This document shows, in pieces, positions 54,412 to 63,606 of a stretch of DNA of 64,000 nt. The position numbers and the translations under genes are program-made. How positions within the stretch are numbered: the first letter of the stretch is position 1; each line of letters begins with the position of its first letter. The notes below the pieces were generated by a model that made no database searches, had not been told where the DNA came from, and was given only the letters and a program-made list of their open reading frames with translations. Source of the DNA: an uncultured bacterium (GTDB lineage: Bacteria; Cyanobacteriota; Vampirovibrionia; Gastranaerophilales; Gastranaerophilaceae); contig CAOJDT010000001.1 of the NCBI GenBank assembly GCA_948433295.1, positions 1,869 to 65,868 on the forward strand. Direction: 5' to 3'.

Positions 54412-54630
54412 CTACATACTTCTTACATTAAGCATATATTCAGGGATATTATGAAGAGAACTTAATTTAGAACGCATTGTATCAAGTGAGTTCATATAAA
54501 CTCTTTGCACATCATCAAGGGGAATTTTAAAGTTAGCTTTTGAACTTACGATTTCGCCAAATTTATTTTTTATTACTTTTAAAACATCATCGTTAAATCT
54601 AAACATTTCAAATGTATTACCATTATTCAT
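54412..54630 (-). CDS. Hypothetical protein (72 aa)
   Basis: ORF followed by a strong terminator. No family recognisable. Confidence 0.3.
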   Translation of the reverse strand: MNNGNTFEMFRFNDDVLKVIKNKFGEIVSSKANFKIPLDDVQRVYMNSLDTMRSKLSSLHNIPEYMLNVRSM

Positions 54631-54648
54631 TTTACGTTTAGCATAAAT

Positions 54649-54798
54649 TTAATTCGTATTTCCGTTGATTGTGAAAGCTTGAGTTTCAATATGAGGAGTT
54701 TTTGAGCCTGCGTAATACTTGGAAATTTTCATAGAATAATTTGTATACGGAGAGGCTGCCTGATATGCTTGTTGAACTAGTTTTGAGTTTAGTGACAT
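54649..54798 (-). CDS. Possible small ORF (49 aa) upstream of the 72-aa ORF
   Basis: Hand-translated as MSLNSKLVQQAYQAASPYTNYSMKISKYYAGSKTPHIETQAFTINGNTN, with AAGG about 8 nt upstream. It is below the ORF-track cutoff. Confidence 0.2.
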   Translation of the reverse strand: MSLNSKLVQQAYQAASPYTNYSMKISKYYAGSKTPHIETQAFTINGNTN

Positions 54799-54955
54799 TA
54801 GTTACCTTAACCTTTCTTTTATAAATTACACAATTTTAATAAATTAAAACCCCAAAAATTATTGCTCCATGAATATGTATCTTTTTACAAAATTTAACAT
54901 TCACGTATGTGATACCTGATACTATGTTAACGCATTGAGGTTGTCATCATTCCAT

Positions 54956-54984
54956 AAAAAAAGACTTCCGAAGAAGTCTTTTTT
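54956..54984. terminator. Hairpin terminator downstream of tRNA-Arg
   Basis: aaaaaAAGACTTCcgaaGAAGTCTTtttt. Confidence 0.8.
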
Positions 54985-54986
54985 AT

Positions 54987-55060
54987 TACGCGCGGAGGGA
55001 TTCGAACCCCCGACCTTTTGGTTCGTAGCCAAACACTCTATCCAACTGAGCTACGCACGC
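54987..55060 (-). tRNA. tRNA-Arg (anticodon ACG)
   Basis: Reverse complement reads GCGTGCGTAGCTCAGTTGGATAGAGTGTTTGGCTACGAACCAAAAGGTCGGGGGTTCGAATCCCTCCGCGCGTA. The cloverleaf is analogous to E. coli tRNA-Arg(ACG). No encoded CCA. Confidence 0.85.
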
Positions 55061-55149
55061 TTATTATTCAATTTAAAAAAAGTTGTGAAAGGATTTAATC
55101 CCCACAACTTTTATATTATCAAAAACATATTTATTTTCAAGTACTTTTT

Positions 55150-55818
55150 TTAAACAAGACCCTCTTTCAACGCTTTTACTGCAGCCTGAGTTCTGTCATC
55201 GACTACGAGTTTTTGAATAATATTACACACGTGAGCCTTGGCTGTATGTTCCGAAATCGTTAATTCCTGTGCGATTTCGTTATTTGATTTTCCGTCAACA
55301 ACAAGCTTCAATACTTCATACTCACGCTGCGTAAGATTTGCATGTTGTTCTTTAAACATTGCTCTTGACATTTGACGCGGAGGTACTACACCGCAATTCT
55401 TTTCACGCAATATCGGAACCGCCTGCGGATCAAGCCACATTGCGCCCTCTTTTACCGTGCGGATAATCATTTTCAAAATTTCGATATTAATATCTTTCAT
55501 TACATAAGCACATGCCCCCGCATGCAGAGCATCAATAACTTCCTGTTCCGAAAGATGTGATGTCAGAATTATAATTTTTGCATTACTGCTGTTTTCGAGA
55601 ATCCTTTTGGTAGCCTCAATTCCGCTCATATCAGGCAATCCCAAATCCATAAGAACAACATCGGGATGAGAAATTTTATAATTTTCAATTGACTCTTTCC
55701 CACTTTGAGCTTCAGAGATAACCTCCAATTCTTTATGTTCTTCAAATAGTGATTTCAAACCCACTCGCATAAGCTTATGGTCTTCTACGAGAAGTATTCT
55801 TATCGGTGTAACTGTCAT
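55150..55818 (-). CDS. NarL/LuxR-family response regulator (REC + GerE HTH), orphan
   Basis: REC domain with ILLVEDH...VVLMDLGLPDMSG. C-terminal LTQREYEVLKLVVDGKSNNEIAQELTISEHTAKAHV. No adjacent histidine kinase. Confidence 0.85.
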   Translation of the reverse strand: MTVTPIRILLVEDHKLMRVGLKSLFEEHKELEVISEAQSGKESIENYKISHPDVVLMDLGLPDMSGIEATKRILENSSNAKIIILTSHLSEQEVIDALHAGACAYVMKDINIEILKMIIRTVKEGAMWLDPQAVPILREKNCGVVPPRQMSRAMFKEQHANLTQREYEVLKLVVDGKSNNEIAQELTISEHTAKAHVCNIIQKLVVDDRTQAAVKALKEGLV

Positions 55819-56049
55819 AACGTCTCCTCTTCAAGGTTAGATTTCTTCTATTATATTTATAAGTCGGGAACATTACATTTTAATCAACCGGAAAAATTTT
55901 CACAATACTAATATTAACATCTTATATTTCAGAAATATAATTTGTATTAAAATAAAAAACTTAATAAAAACTTTATCTTAATGGTGGCAATTTTTATTAT
56001 TTTGGATTATTATGTCATTGATAGGGAATCGTAAGATAAGGCATACATT

Positions 56050-57666
56050 ATGAAATACTCCAGATATTCAACGATAATTGTCGGCAGCGGAATTGCGGGA
56101 CTTTATGCAGCTTTAAAAATCGAGCAGCAGGCAAAATTGCCTGACGGAATCCTTCTCCTTACAAAATCAAAATTGGGAGAAAGCAACTCTCGTTATGCCC
56201 AGGGCGGCATGGTTGCAGTATTGAAAGAAAACAAAAACGATTCCACCGAATCGCATATTACAGATACAATTAAAGCCGGAGCAGGCTTAAGCGAATTTAA
56301 TACCGTAAAATTTATATCCGAAAACTCTGATAAAGTAGTTAAAGACCTTTTGCAATTCGGAGTTGAATTTGACAGAGATGAAAACGACAATCTTTGCTTT
56401 ACCAAAGAAGCCGCACACAGCGTACGAAGAATCCTTCACTCGGGCGGAGACGCGACGGGAAAAATGATGGAACAGGCTTTATGTAAAAAAGTTTTTGAAA
56501 ATAAAAATATTGATATTTACGAAGACGGAATGGCTGTAGAACTTCTGGTTAATGCGAATTCGGAATGCAAAGGCATTCTGGTATATAACTCATTCACAGA
56601 TGAATACGAAACAATATATTCGCCTGCCGTAATCCTTGCAACTGGCGGCATCGGGCAGCTTTACAAATATACGACAAATCCTGCCGGGGCAACAGGTGAC
56701 GGTTTGGCTCTTGCTTACAACGCAGGTGCGATTATGCAGGATATGGAATTCGTACAGTTTCACCCAACAGCTTTAGCGTTTGATGATGATGTAAACAGAT
56801 TTCTTATTTCAGAAGCAGTAAGAGGAGAAGGCGCAAAACTCGTCGACGCCGACGGAATTGAATTTATGCAAAAATATGACGAACGCAAAGAACTTGCGCC
56901 GCGAGATATTGTTACACGTGCAAACTTTAACGAAATGAAGGAAAAACATCTTGACAATGTTTACCTCAATGCAAGCTGTATTGATAAAGAAAAACTCGCA
57001 AAACGCTTCCCTAATATTTCTAAAAAATGTCTTGAACACGGAATTGATATTTCAAAAGATTTTATTCCGGTCGCACCTGCCGCACACTATTATATGGGCG
57101 GAATCAAGACAGGTATTGAAGGCGAAACTTCAATAAAAGGACTTTTTGCAATTGGTGAAGTTTCATCAACAGGGCTGCACGGCGGAAACAGACTAGCAAG
57201 CAATTCGCTTCTGGAATGTGTGGTTTGCGCGTATGAAGTCGCAAATTTCTTAAAATCAGAAAACCTTGATTCTCCGAAACAAATCGACGGAGAAATCATG
57301 TCACTTATTGAAAAATATTCCGACGATATTGAACTTGAACCGTTTGACGTAGAAACATTAAAAAATGAATTAAAAGAAATTATGTGGAATTACGTAGGTA
57401 TACTGAGAAGCGAAAGCACCCTGATTACCGCAATTGAAGGTTTGAACGACCTTCAGACAAAATTTCCGAGAAAAAATAAATGTATGAATAAATCGGAATA
57501 TGAATTTAAAAATATGCTTACGGTTGCAAAACTTGTTGCAAATTCTGCGCTCAGACGCAAAGAATCACGCGGCGCGCATTACAGATTAGATTATTTGAAC
57601 ACGAATGAAGACTGTGTTCACAGTTGTTTGACAAAAAAAGAAGGAGAATTAGATTTTGTTAAGTAG
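56050..57666 (+). CDS. nadB: L-aspartate oxidase
   Basis: FAD fold IVGSGIAGL, SRYAQGG, and the HPTAL and RGEG motifs. 538 aa. Precedes nadC. Confidence 0.9.
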   Translation: MKYSRYSTIIVGSGIAGLYAALKIEQQAKLPDGILLLTKSKLGESNSRYAQGGMVAVLKENKNDSTESHITDTIKAGAGLSEFNTVKFISENSDKVVKDLLQFGVEFDRDENDNLCFTKEAAHSVRRILHSGGDATGKMMEQALCKKVFENKNIDIYEDGMAVELLVNANSECKGILVYNSFTDEYETIYSPAVILATGGIGQLYKYTTNPAGATGDGLALAYNAGAIMQDMEFVQFHPTALAFDDDVNRFLISEAVRGEGAKLVDADGIEFMQKYDERKELAPRDIVTRANFNEMKEKHLDNVYLNASCIDKEKLAKRFPNISKKCLEHGIDISKDFIPVAPAAHYYMGGIKTGIEGETSIKGLFAIGEVSSTGLHGGNRLASNSLLECVVCAYEVANFLKSENLDSPKQIDGEIMSLIEKYSDDIELEPFDVETLKNELKEIMWNYVGILRSESTLITAIEGLNDLQTKFPRKNKCMNKSEYEFKNMLTVAKLVANSALRRKESRGAHYRLDYLNTNEDCVHSCLTKKEGELDFVK

Positions 57667-58486
57667 TTTTTATATAGAAGACCATGTTAGAAGAGCATTG
57701 GAAGAAGATATCGGATTTGGAGACATCACAACAGAGAATTTAGCAGAAGAAACAGATATGCTTTCAGGTGCACTGAACACCAGAAACGACGGTATTCTTT
57801 GCGGAGTGGAAGTTTTCAAAACCGTATTTAAAATACTTTCACCGGAAGTAAAAGTTAACTTCCACTTCAAAGACGGCGATGAGATTAAAAAAGGCGATAA
57901 AATTGCAGACATTTCAGGACCGGCAAAATATGTTCTTATGGGAGAAAGAGTTTCGTTAAACTATATTCAGAGAATGAGCGGTATTGCAACCGAAACCCGT
58001 AAATATCAGGACGCAATCGGGGATTACAAAGCCAATATTGTTGACACACGTAAAACAACACCGAATTTCAGACCGTTTGAAAAATACTCAGTCTTTGTCG
58101 GCGGCGGTCACATGCACAGATTTAACCTTTCAGACTGTGCAATGATTAAAGATAACCACATTCGTCTTGCGGGAACGATTACAAAAGCAGTTACAAAACT
58201 CAGAGACAAAATTTCATTTACACACAAAATCGAAGTCGAATGCGACACTTTCGAACAGGTAAAAGAAGCAGTAGAAGTCGGTGCGGATATCATTATGCTT
58301 GATAATATGGACACAGACACCATGAAAAAGGCTTGTGAATACATTAACCATCGCGCAATCGTTGAAGCAAGCGGAAACGTAAACCTTTCGACAGTAAATG
58401 CCATTGCAGCCTGCGGAGTGGATATTATTTCATCAAGCGCAATCGTTGCAAAAGCACCGACATTAGATTTGGCACTTGATATATAA
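57656..58486 (+). CDS. nadC: Nicotinate-nucleotide pyrophosphorylase (carboxylating)
   Basis: ALEEDIGFGDITT N-terminus, DTRKTTP and IMLDNM motifs. 11-nt overlap with nadB. Confidence 0.9.
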   Translation: MLSSFYIEDHVRRALEEDIGFGDITTENLAEETDMLSGALNTRNDGILCGVEVFKTVFKILSPEVKVNFHFKDGDEIKKGDKIADISGPAKYVLMGERVSLNYIQRMSGIATETRKYQDAIGDYKANIVDTRKTTPNFRPFEKYSVFVGGGHMHRFNLSDCAMIKDNHIRLAGTITKAVTKLRDKISFTHKIEVECDTFEQVKEAVEVGADIIMLDNMDTDTMKKACEYINHRAIVEASGNVNLSTVNAIAACGVDIISSSAIVAKAPTLDLALDI

Positions 58487-58583
58487 TATTAACAAATGTA
58501 ACAGATTTTAGCTTTGATGAAATCCGCCTCTTTTTTATTTTTTTATATATACAAGAGAACTAAAAATAAGAGAGGCGAGAGTT

Positions 58584-58976
58584 ATGGCTATTTCAAACAT
58601 TCAAGAAACTTTATTAATGTATACCAAACAAAAATCAATGCTTAACGAAAAACTTGGTAACGTAATGTTTCAGATAATGAACGCTACACGCGAAAACGCT
58701 GAATTACAAGCTAAATTTAACGACAAACAACAATATTATTACTATGAATATTATTATGCTGATGATATGACTGTTTATCAAGAGGTAATGGAACAGTTAC
58801 AGAAAGATCACGAATACGAGCTTGCTAACTTGAACTCCTGGGAATCTCAATTAGAATTGGATAAAAACAATTATGAGACCAGACTGAACGAAGTCACTAC
58901 TTTTGAGAGTTCTTGGACCAAGTTATTGCAAAACAACATCAAGAACGACTTTACATACGGAGGTGCAGGTCAGTAA
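58584..58976 (+). CDS. Hypothetical coiled-coil protein (130 aa)
   Basis: GAGAGGCGAGAG purine-rich RBS region upstream. Contains a Tyr-rich QQYYYYEYYY segment. No family recognisable. Confidence 0.35.
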   Translation: MAISNIQETLLMYTKQKSMLNEKLGNVMFQIMNATRENAELQAKFNDKQQYYYYEYYYADDMTVYQEVMEQLQKDHEYELANLNSWESQLELDKNNYETRLNEVTTFESSWTKLLQNNIKNDFTYGGAGQ

Positions 58977-59002
58977 TTCAAAATTTAATATTCGAGATTC
59001 AC

Positions 59003-59030
59003 AAAAAAGCGGTAATCATCCCGCTTTTTT
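59003..59030 (+). terminator. Weak rho-independent terminator
   Basis: aaaaAAGCGGtaatcatcCCGCTTtttt. Confidence 0.45.
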
Positions 59031-59046
59031 GTTGTATTATTTATAT

Positions 59047-60012
59047 ATGATTAACGAAAAAGAAAAACTCGGAGTGTTTATAGTTCCAACAGGAATCGGC
59101 GCCTCTGTAGGAGGCTACGCGGGAGATGCCAGCGTTTGGGCAAGAAACTTCAGCAAAAAAGCTAATCTGATTGTTAATCCGAATGTCGTTAACGCAGGGG
59201 GATTTTCGGGAATTAACGACAGGATGCTTTACGTTGAAGGGTTTTCTCTTGATGAATTTTTCAAGGGTAATATAAACCTTTTACCGTCAAACAACAACAA
59301 AATCGGAATTCTATTCGATAAAGCCATTCCTCAGGATGTTTTGAATGTTCATATTAATACGATGAATGCAGTCAAAACCGTTTACGGAATTGATATTATA
59401 GGATATGAAATTACGGAAGAGACCGTTGGAGTGGAATTTACACTCGGCGAGGACGGAATATCCGCGGGAAATGTCTTAAATGAAACGACAATGCTTAAAG
59501 CTGCAAAAAAACTTCTTGAAAGAGGAGCAGAGGCTATTGCAATTGTATGCTTGTTCGAAGACCCCGAGGATATGAATGAAGATTACGCCTCGGGCGAAGG
59601 GACTGACCCTGTGGGCGGAGTTGAGGCTGTTTTATCGCATTATATTTCAAAAGAATTAATGGTGCCTTGCGCGCATTCGCCTGCATTTGAGGACTATTCA
59701 ATATCATCGGAAATTGTCAATCCGAAATCGGCATCGGAATATATTACTCCGACATTTTTACCGTGTATTTTACTGGGACTTTCTCAAGCGCCAAAACTTG
59801 TAAAACACGGCGGAATAAGCGTTAACGATGTGGATTTTGTTGTAATGCCTTGTGACTCATTGGGTTCCACACCTGTATTTGAATCCGTAAAAAGAGGTAT
59901 TCCCGTTTATGCCGTAAAAGAAAACACTACAGCCCTCAATATTACAAAAGAAAAAGTTTCAAATAAAATTATTGAAGTTGAAGACTATGCGTCGTGTCTG
60001 GAATTAATATAA
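59047..60012 (+). CDS. DUF3326-family protein
   Basis: VFIVPTGIGASVGGYAGDAS N-terminal signature. The start is taken at ATG 59047, because the tracked 58903 start would run through the upstream terminator. Confidence 0.65.
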   Translation: MINEKEKLGVFIVPTGIGASVGGYAGDASVWARNFSKKANLIVNPNVVNAGGFSGINDRMLYVEGFSLDEFFKGNINLLPSNNNKIGILFDKAIPQDVLNVHINTMNAVKTVYGIDIIGYEITEETVGVEFTLGEDGISAGNVLNETTMLKAAKKLLERGAEAIAIVCLFEDPEDMNEDYASGEGTDPVGGVEAVLSHYISKELMVPCAHSPAFEDYSISSEIVNPKSASEYITPTFLPCILLGLSQAPKLVKHGGISVNDVDFVVMPCDSLGSTPVFESVKRGIPVYAVKENTTALNITKEKVSNKIIEVEDYASCLELI

Positions 60013-60799
60013 CTTTTTGCGGTAAATCTTTTACATTATAGAAAATGGAAGCTGCAGATTTGAAGTTTTCAGGACTTCCACTGACATAGAATTTTTCTTT
60101 ACCGCTACCGTTTTTATTAATCAAACCTGATTTTTCAAGATCTGATTTTATATATTTTGCAAAAGCCTCTGCCGGATTAATAAACATATCTTCAGGCGCA
60201 AAAGCCTTTAACTGTTCAAGCAAATAAGGATAATGCGTACAACCGAGAACTATTTTTTCGGGATTAAATTTCAAAACCGCCTGCAAATCCGCTTTAATAA
60301 TTTCAATACTTTCTTTTTTGGCTTCAAGCTTACCTTCCACGATTTTTACCCACTCCGGACATGCATGTTCTATGACTTCCATATTCGGATTAATCTTTGA
60401 AATTCCGTTTTTATATGCGTGAGAGTTTATTGTAGCATTCGTCGCCAACACTGCAATACGTTGTATTGGAAGGTTCGCAAGGATTTCGGTAACGGACTGG
60501 ATTATCGGATAAATTTTAAAGTTATAATTATTTTTCAATGTGTCATAAGTAGTTGCAGAAGTAGTATTACAAGCCATTACAACAGCTTTGACACCTTGTT
60601 TTTCCAAAAATCTGAAAATATTATCCGAAAAATTGATAAGCTGTTCCTTTGATTTTTCACCGTAAGGCATATTGGCAGTGTCTCCGAAATAAAGACAATC
60701 CTCCAACGGCAGCAGTTCTCTGAACTGTTTTAGTACAGTCAAACCTCCGACACCGGAGTCAAAGAATCCTATGGGGTTATTTTGATTGCTTGAAATAAT
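59969..60799 (-). CDS. murI: Glutamate racemase
   Basis: ACNTTS and GCTHYP catalytic cysteine motifs. The conserved PIGFFDSGVGGLTV segment lies upstream of the tracked TTG start (60742), so the start is probably a non-ATG codon (ATT at 60799 or 60796) after GGAGGG. Confidence 0.75.
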   Translation of the reverse strand: MISSNQNNPIGFFDSGVGGLTVLKQFRELLPLEDCLYFGDTANMPYGEKSKEQLINFSDNIFRFLEKQGVKAVVMACNTTSATTYDTLKNNYNFKIYPIIQSVTEILANLPIQRIAVLATNATINSHAYKNGISKINPNMEVIEHACPEWVKIVEGKLEAKKESIEIIKADLQAVLKFNPEKIVLGCTHYPYLLEQLKAFAPEDMFINPAEAFAKYIKSDLEKSGLINKNGSGKEKFYVSGSPENFKSAASIFYNVKDLPQKVILIPDTTHSLQLQ

Positions 60800-62630
60800 T
60801 GTTAATTCCCTCCACTATAGCTTTTGCGGTATCTTCTTTACGCTTATCACTCACAAGCTGCGCTCTTTCATTATCGTTTGAAATAAATCCGATTTCAATC
60901 AATATTGCAGGAGAAGTTGTGTGATTAATTACATAGAATTTAGATTTAAACAAACCTCTGTTATTTGATTTAATAAAACTTGCAATTGAAGCATGGACTG
61001 TCTGCGCAAGACTCATACTTTCCTGATGGTAGTAATGAGTTTCAACACCTGTGATTTCAGGTTTTGTACTTGAATTTACGTGAATACTTACGAAAATATC
61101 AGGCGCAACGGATTCGCTGATATTAACTCTGTCTTCCAGTGATACAAAAATATCATTCGTACGAGTCATTGTAACGTGATAGCCTTGTTTTTTCAACATT
61201 GATTCGACTCTTTTTGAAACATCAAGGGTAATATCTTTTTCATTAATTCCGTTTCTTATCGCACCGCAATCAGTTCCGCCATGACCGGCATCAATCACAA
61301 CACTTTTTACACCTGCAGGAGTTTTAATAACAGGAATTTTCGGAGCGACCTGTTTTTTAGGTGCTTTAACTGTTATTTTCAAAGCTTTACCGTCTGCCCC
61401 CAGGTATGTATTTACCATACTCGAAGCGTCAACAGGAATGGTCAGTTTCAAACCGTTTCCACTCATAAGAGACACGGCAGCCTTTGAAAATAAAGAATTT
61501 TCAAAGGTACTTTTAAATGTTTCCTGGTTATACCGGGAAACATTATAAAGATAAACATCTATAGCATTGTTATTTTTATCAAATCCATGAACAACAGGCT
61601 GGTTAAAAGTTAAAGTCATTGCATCTGTTTGATTATCAATTTGTTCAAGATTATAAGTAACCATATTAGCCGACGCAGAGTATAAACTCTTAGGTTCAAG
61701 GCGGCTCATATCCGCAATAAGAAGCGATTGATTATCATTTGAATATACAGGAATATATTTTTCTACATTAGGAGTCGTAACAACAATACGAGCTTTATTT
61801 ACAGAGAACTGACCGATTTTAACGCTTTCGGTTTCATTGATTTTAAATTCTTTATTCCTGAGATTCTGAGCCACAAGCGTATTCGACATATCAAAAACGA
61901 TTCTTGACGGATTTGAAAGAATCATCGGTTTTTCGACGGTAAGTGAACCAAACCCGTTGATTAATATTGCATTCGACTTTGTAGTAACCTTATCAATATA
62001 ATATTTTGTATTGAGTTTCAACTCCATTTTTTCGACTTCAGGCTCGGTAACCTGCTGCAAAGTCGTATTAAATGCTTGTTGAAGCTGTTCTACAATACTT
62101 CCCGACTCTGTAATTGTCTTTCTTACGGGCGTATAAATCGTCATGTATTCATAAAAATCACCCGAAGATTCGTGTTCGTCCCGGTATGTATTTTGAAAAT
62201 ACGGATTTTGACAGACACAATTTTTAAACTTTAATATTATATTATTTTTAATCTTTAAAAACTTAATATTAGCTGTATTGTAATCATCATCAAGATACAT
62301 TACGACACGAACGACATTCGGATTTGTAGAAAACTGTGAAATCTTAACCTCTTTAATTCCGGGAGAATTGAATTTCCAATCCTGTTTAGGAATAGTGAGA
62401 ACCGATGAATCAATATCAAAATAAACTCTTTTCGGATTTTCAAGAGTTACAGGCTTTACCTCTTGCATAATCTGTGTTTCGGTATTATCCTGCGCAGAGA
62501 TAACTATAATGGAATTTGATGTATCAAAATTTGCCGATGTAATTTTAAAGATATCTTCCGCGAAGACTTCGGAGCAAAATGTTGATAAAGCTGTAATTAT
62601 AAATAAAAATAGAATAAATAATCTTTTCAT
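60777..62630 (-). CDS. N-acetylmuramoyl-L-alanine amidase (AmiC-like) with N-terminal AMIN-type domains
   Basis: Signal peptide and repeated AMIN-like beta domains. The C-terminal Amidase_3 domain has VVIDAGHGGTDCGA...SIHVNS...EIGFISN. Confidence 0.85.
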   Translation of the reverse strand: MKRLFILFLFIITALSTFCSEVFAEDIFKITSANFDTSNSIIVISAQDNTETQIMQEVKPVTLENPKRVYFDIDSSVLTIPKQDWKFNSPGIKEVKISQFSTNPNVVRVVMYLDDDYNTANIKFLKIKNNIILKFKNCVCQNPYFQNTYRDEHESSGDFYEYMTIYTPVRKTITESGSIVEQLQQAFNTTLQQVTEPEVEKMELKLNTKYYIDKVTTKSNAILINGFGSLTVEKPMILSNPSRIVFDMSNTLVAQNLRNKEFKINETESVKIGQFSVNKARIVVTTPNVEKYIPVYSNDNQSLLIADMSRLEPKSLYSASANMVTYNLEQIDNQTDAMTLTFNQPVVHGFDKNNNAIDVYLYNVSRYNQETFKSTFENSLFSKAAVSLMSGNGLKLTIPVDASSMVNTYLGADGKALKITVKAPKKQVAPKIPVIKTPAGVKSVVIDAGHGGTDCGAIRNGINEKDITLDVSKRVESMLKKQGYHVTMTRTNDIFVSLEDRVNISESVAPDIFVSIHVNSSTKPEITGVETHYYHQESMSLAQTVHASIASFIKSNNRGLFKSKFYVINHTTSPAILIEIGFISNDNERAQLVSDKRKEDTAKAIVEGINNYFKQSK

Positions 62631-62699
62631 ATCTTAAACTCTCAACATTATTATATAATATTCTATTTATAATTACCAAATTGTAACAAAACGATGAAA

Positions 62700-62930
62700 T
62701 TATTTAATAATACCAAGTCTCATAGCTATACATACAGCCTGAGTCCTGTTTTTCGCTTTTAACTTTTTCAATATTGCGCTGATATATGCTTTTATTGTAT
62801 GAGTACTGACAAAAAGTATCTCTGCTATTTGCCTGTTTTCATAGCCGTCTGATAGTAGTTCAAGAATTTCAACATCTCTTTCATACAAATCAAAATTATT
62901 ATACACTTTAAATATTTTTAAATGCCTCAT
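62700..62930 (-). CDS. Small LuxR/GerE-type HTH protein (76 aa)
   Basis: ERDVEILELLSDGYENRQIAEILFVSTHTIKAYISAILKKL. Confidence 0.7.
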   Translation of the reverse strand: MRHLKIFKVYNNFDLYERDVEILELLSDGYENRQIAEILFVSTHTIKAYISAILKKLKAKNRTQAVCIAMRLGIIK

Positions 62931-63095
62931 AAGTGCCTCCTGTTATTATTATGATACAGAAAGCACAAATACAAAATCAATTTATTAATAATATCACCGC
63001 TGTAAAAATTAATTCATATAACTTTAGAAAAAACATTTAAAACAAAAAAGGCTATAAAATCAAGTATTTAGTTTATATTGAATCATTTAGACATA

Positions 63096-63479
63096 TTACA
63101 AATTTTCAATTTTTTGCAATTTTTCTAATCCTGAAACAAAATATAAAACTTGAGTAATATTTTCAGAATTCAGAGTAGTTTTTGTCGCAAGTAATTCCCT
63201 TAATTCATTCTCAAACGTGTTTTCAGTTTTTTTGATTTGTTTAGGTTCAAACAAAATATCCGCAAGGACAAATAATTCATCATTGAATTTTAAAGCATCA
63301 CTTAACTGCTTTATCGTAATAGCTTTAGGAAAATTAGCCATTTTGCCGTTTTCAAGTTTAGTTATAAGGGCAGCACTAACATTAGATAGTTTTTCAACTT
63401 CTCGCAAACTAAGCTTTAAGGCTTGTCGTCTGGATTTCAGTATAATACCGAATTTTATTAATTGTTCTTGTTTATCCAT
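63096..63479 (-). CDS. XRE-family HTH transcriptional regulator
   Basis: N-terminal IILKSRRQALKLSLREVEKLSNVSAALITKLENG. Divergent from the MuF-like gene. Confidence 0.75.
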   Translation of the reverse strand: MDKQEQLIKFGIILKSRRQALKLSLREVEKLSNVSAALITKLENGKMANFPKAITIKQLSDALKFNDELFVLADILFEPKQIKKTENTFENELRELLATKTTLNSENITQVLYFVSGLEKLQKIENL

Positions 63480-63521
63480 ATTTCCTCTCCATAAGAATTA
63501 TATCATAGCAAAAATAAAAAT

Positions 63522-63559
63522 CAACAATGTTGACAAATATTCAATAGTAATGGTATAAT
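63522..63559 (+). promoter_or_regulatory. Near-consensus promoter with overlapping palindromic operator for the MuF-like gene
   Basis: TCAACAATGTTGA palindrome overlapping the -35 TTGACA (63530-63535), 18 nt, then TGgTATAAT (TATAAT at 63554-63559). Confidence 0.6.
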
Positions 63560-63606
63560 AATATTAATCAACACTATTTTATAAATATAACTAAGAAGAA
63601 ATATAA

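Noticed and set aside
55819-56049. NAD+ riboswitch or pnuC-motif RNA upstream of nadB (55819-56049) or pnuC (51440-51527).
   Set aside because: Both leaders are AT-rich with no recognisable conserved cores or stable stems.
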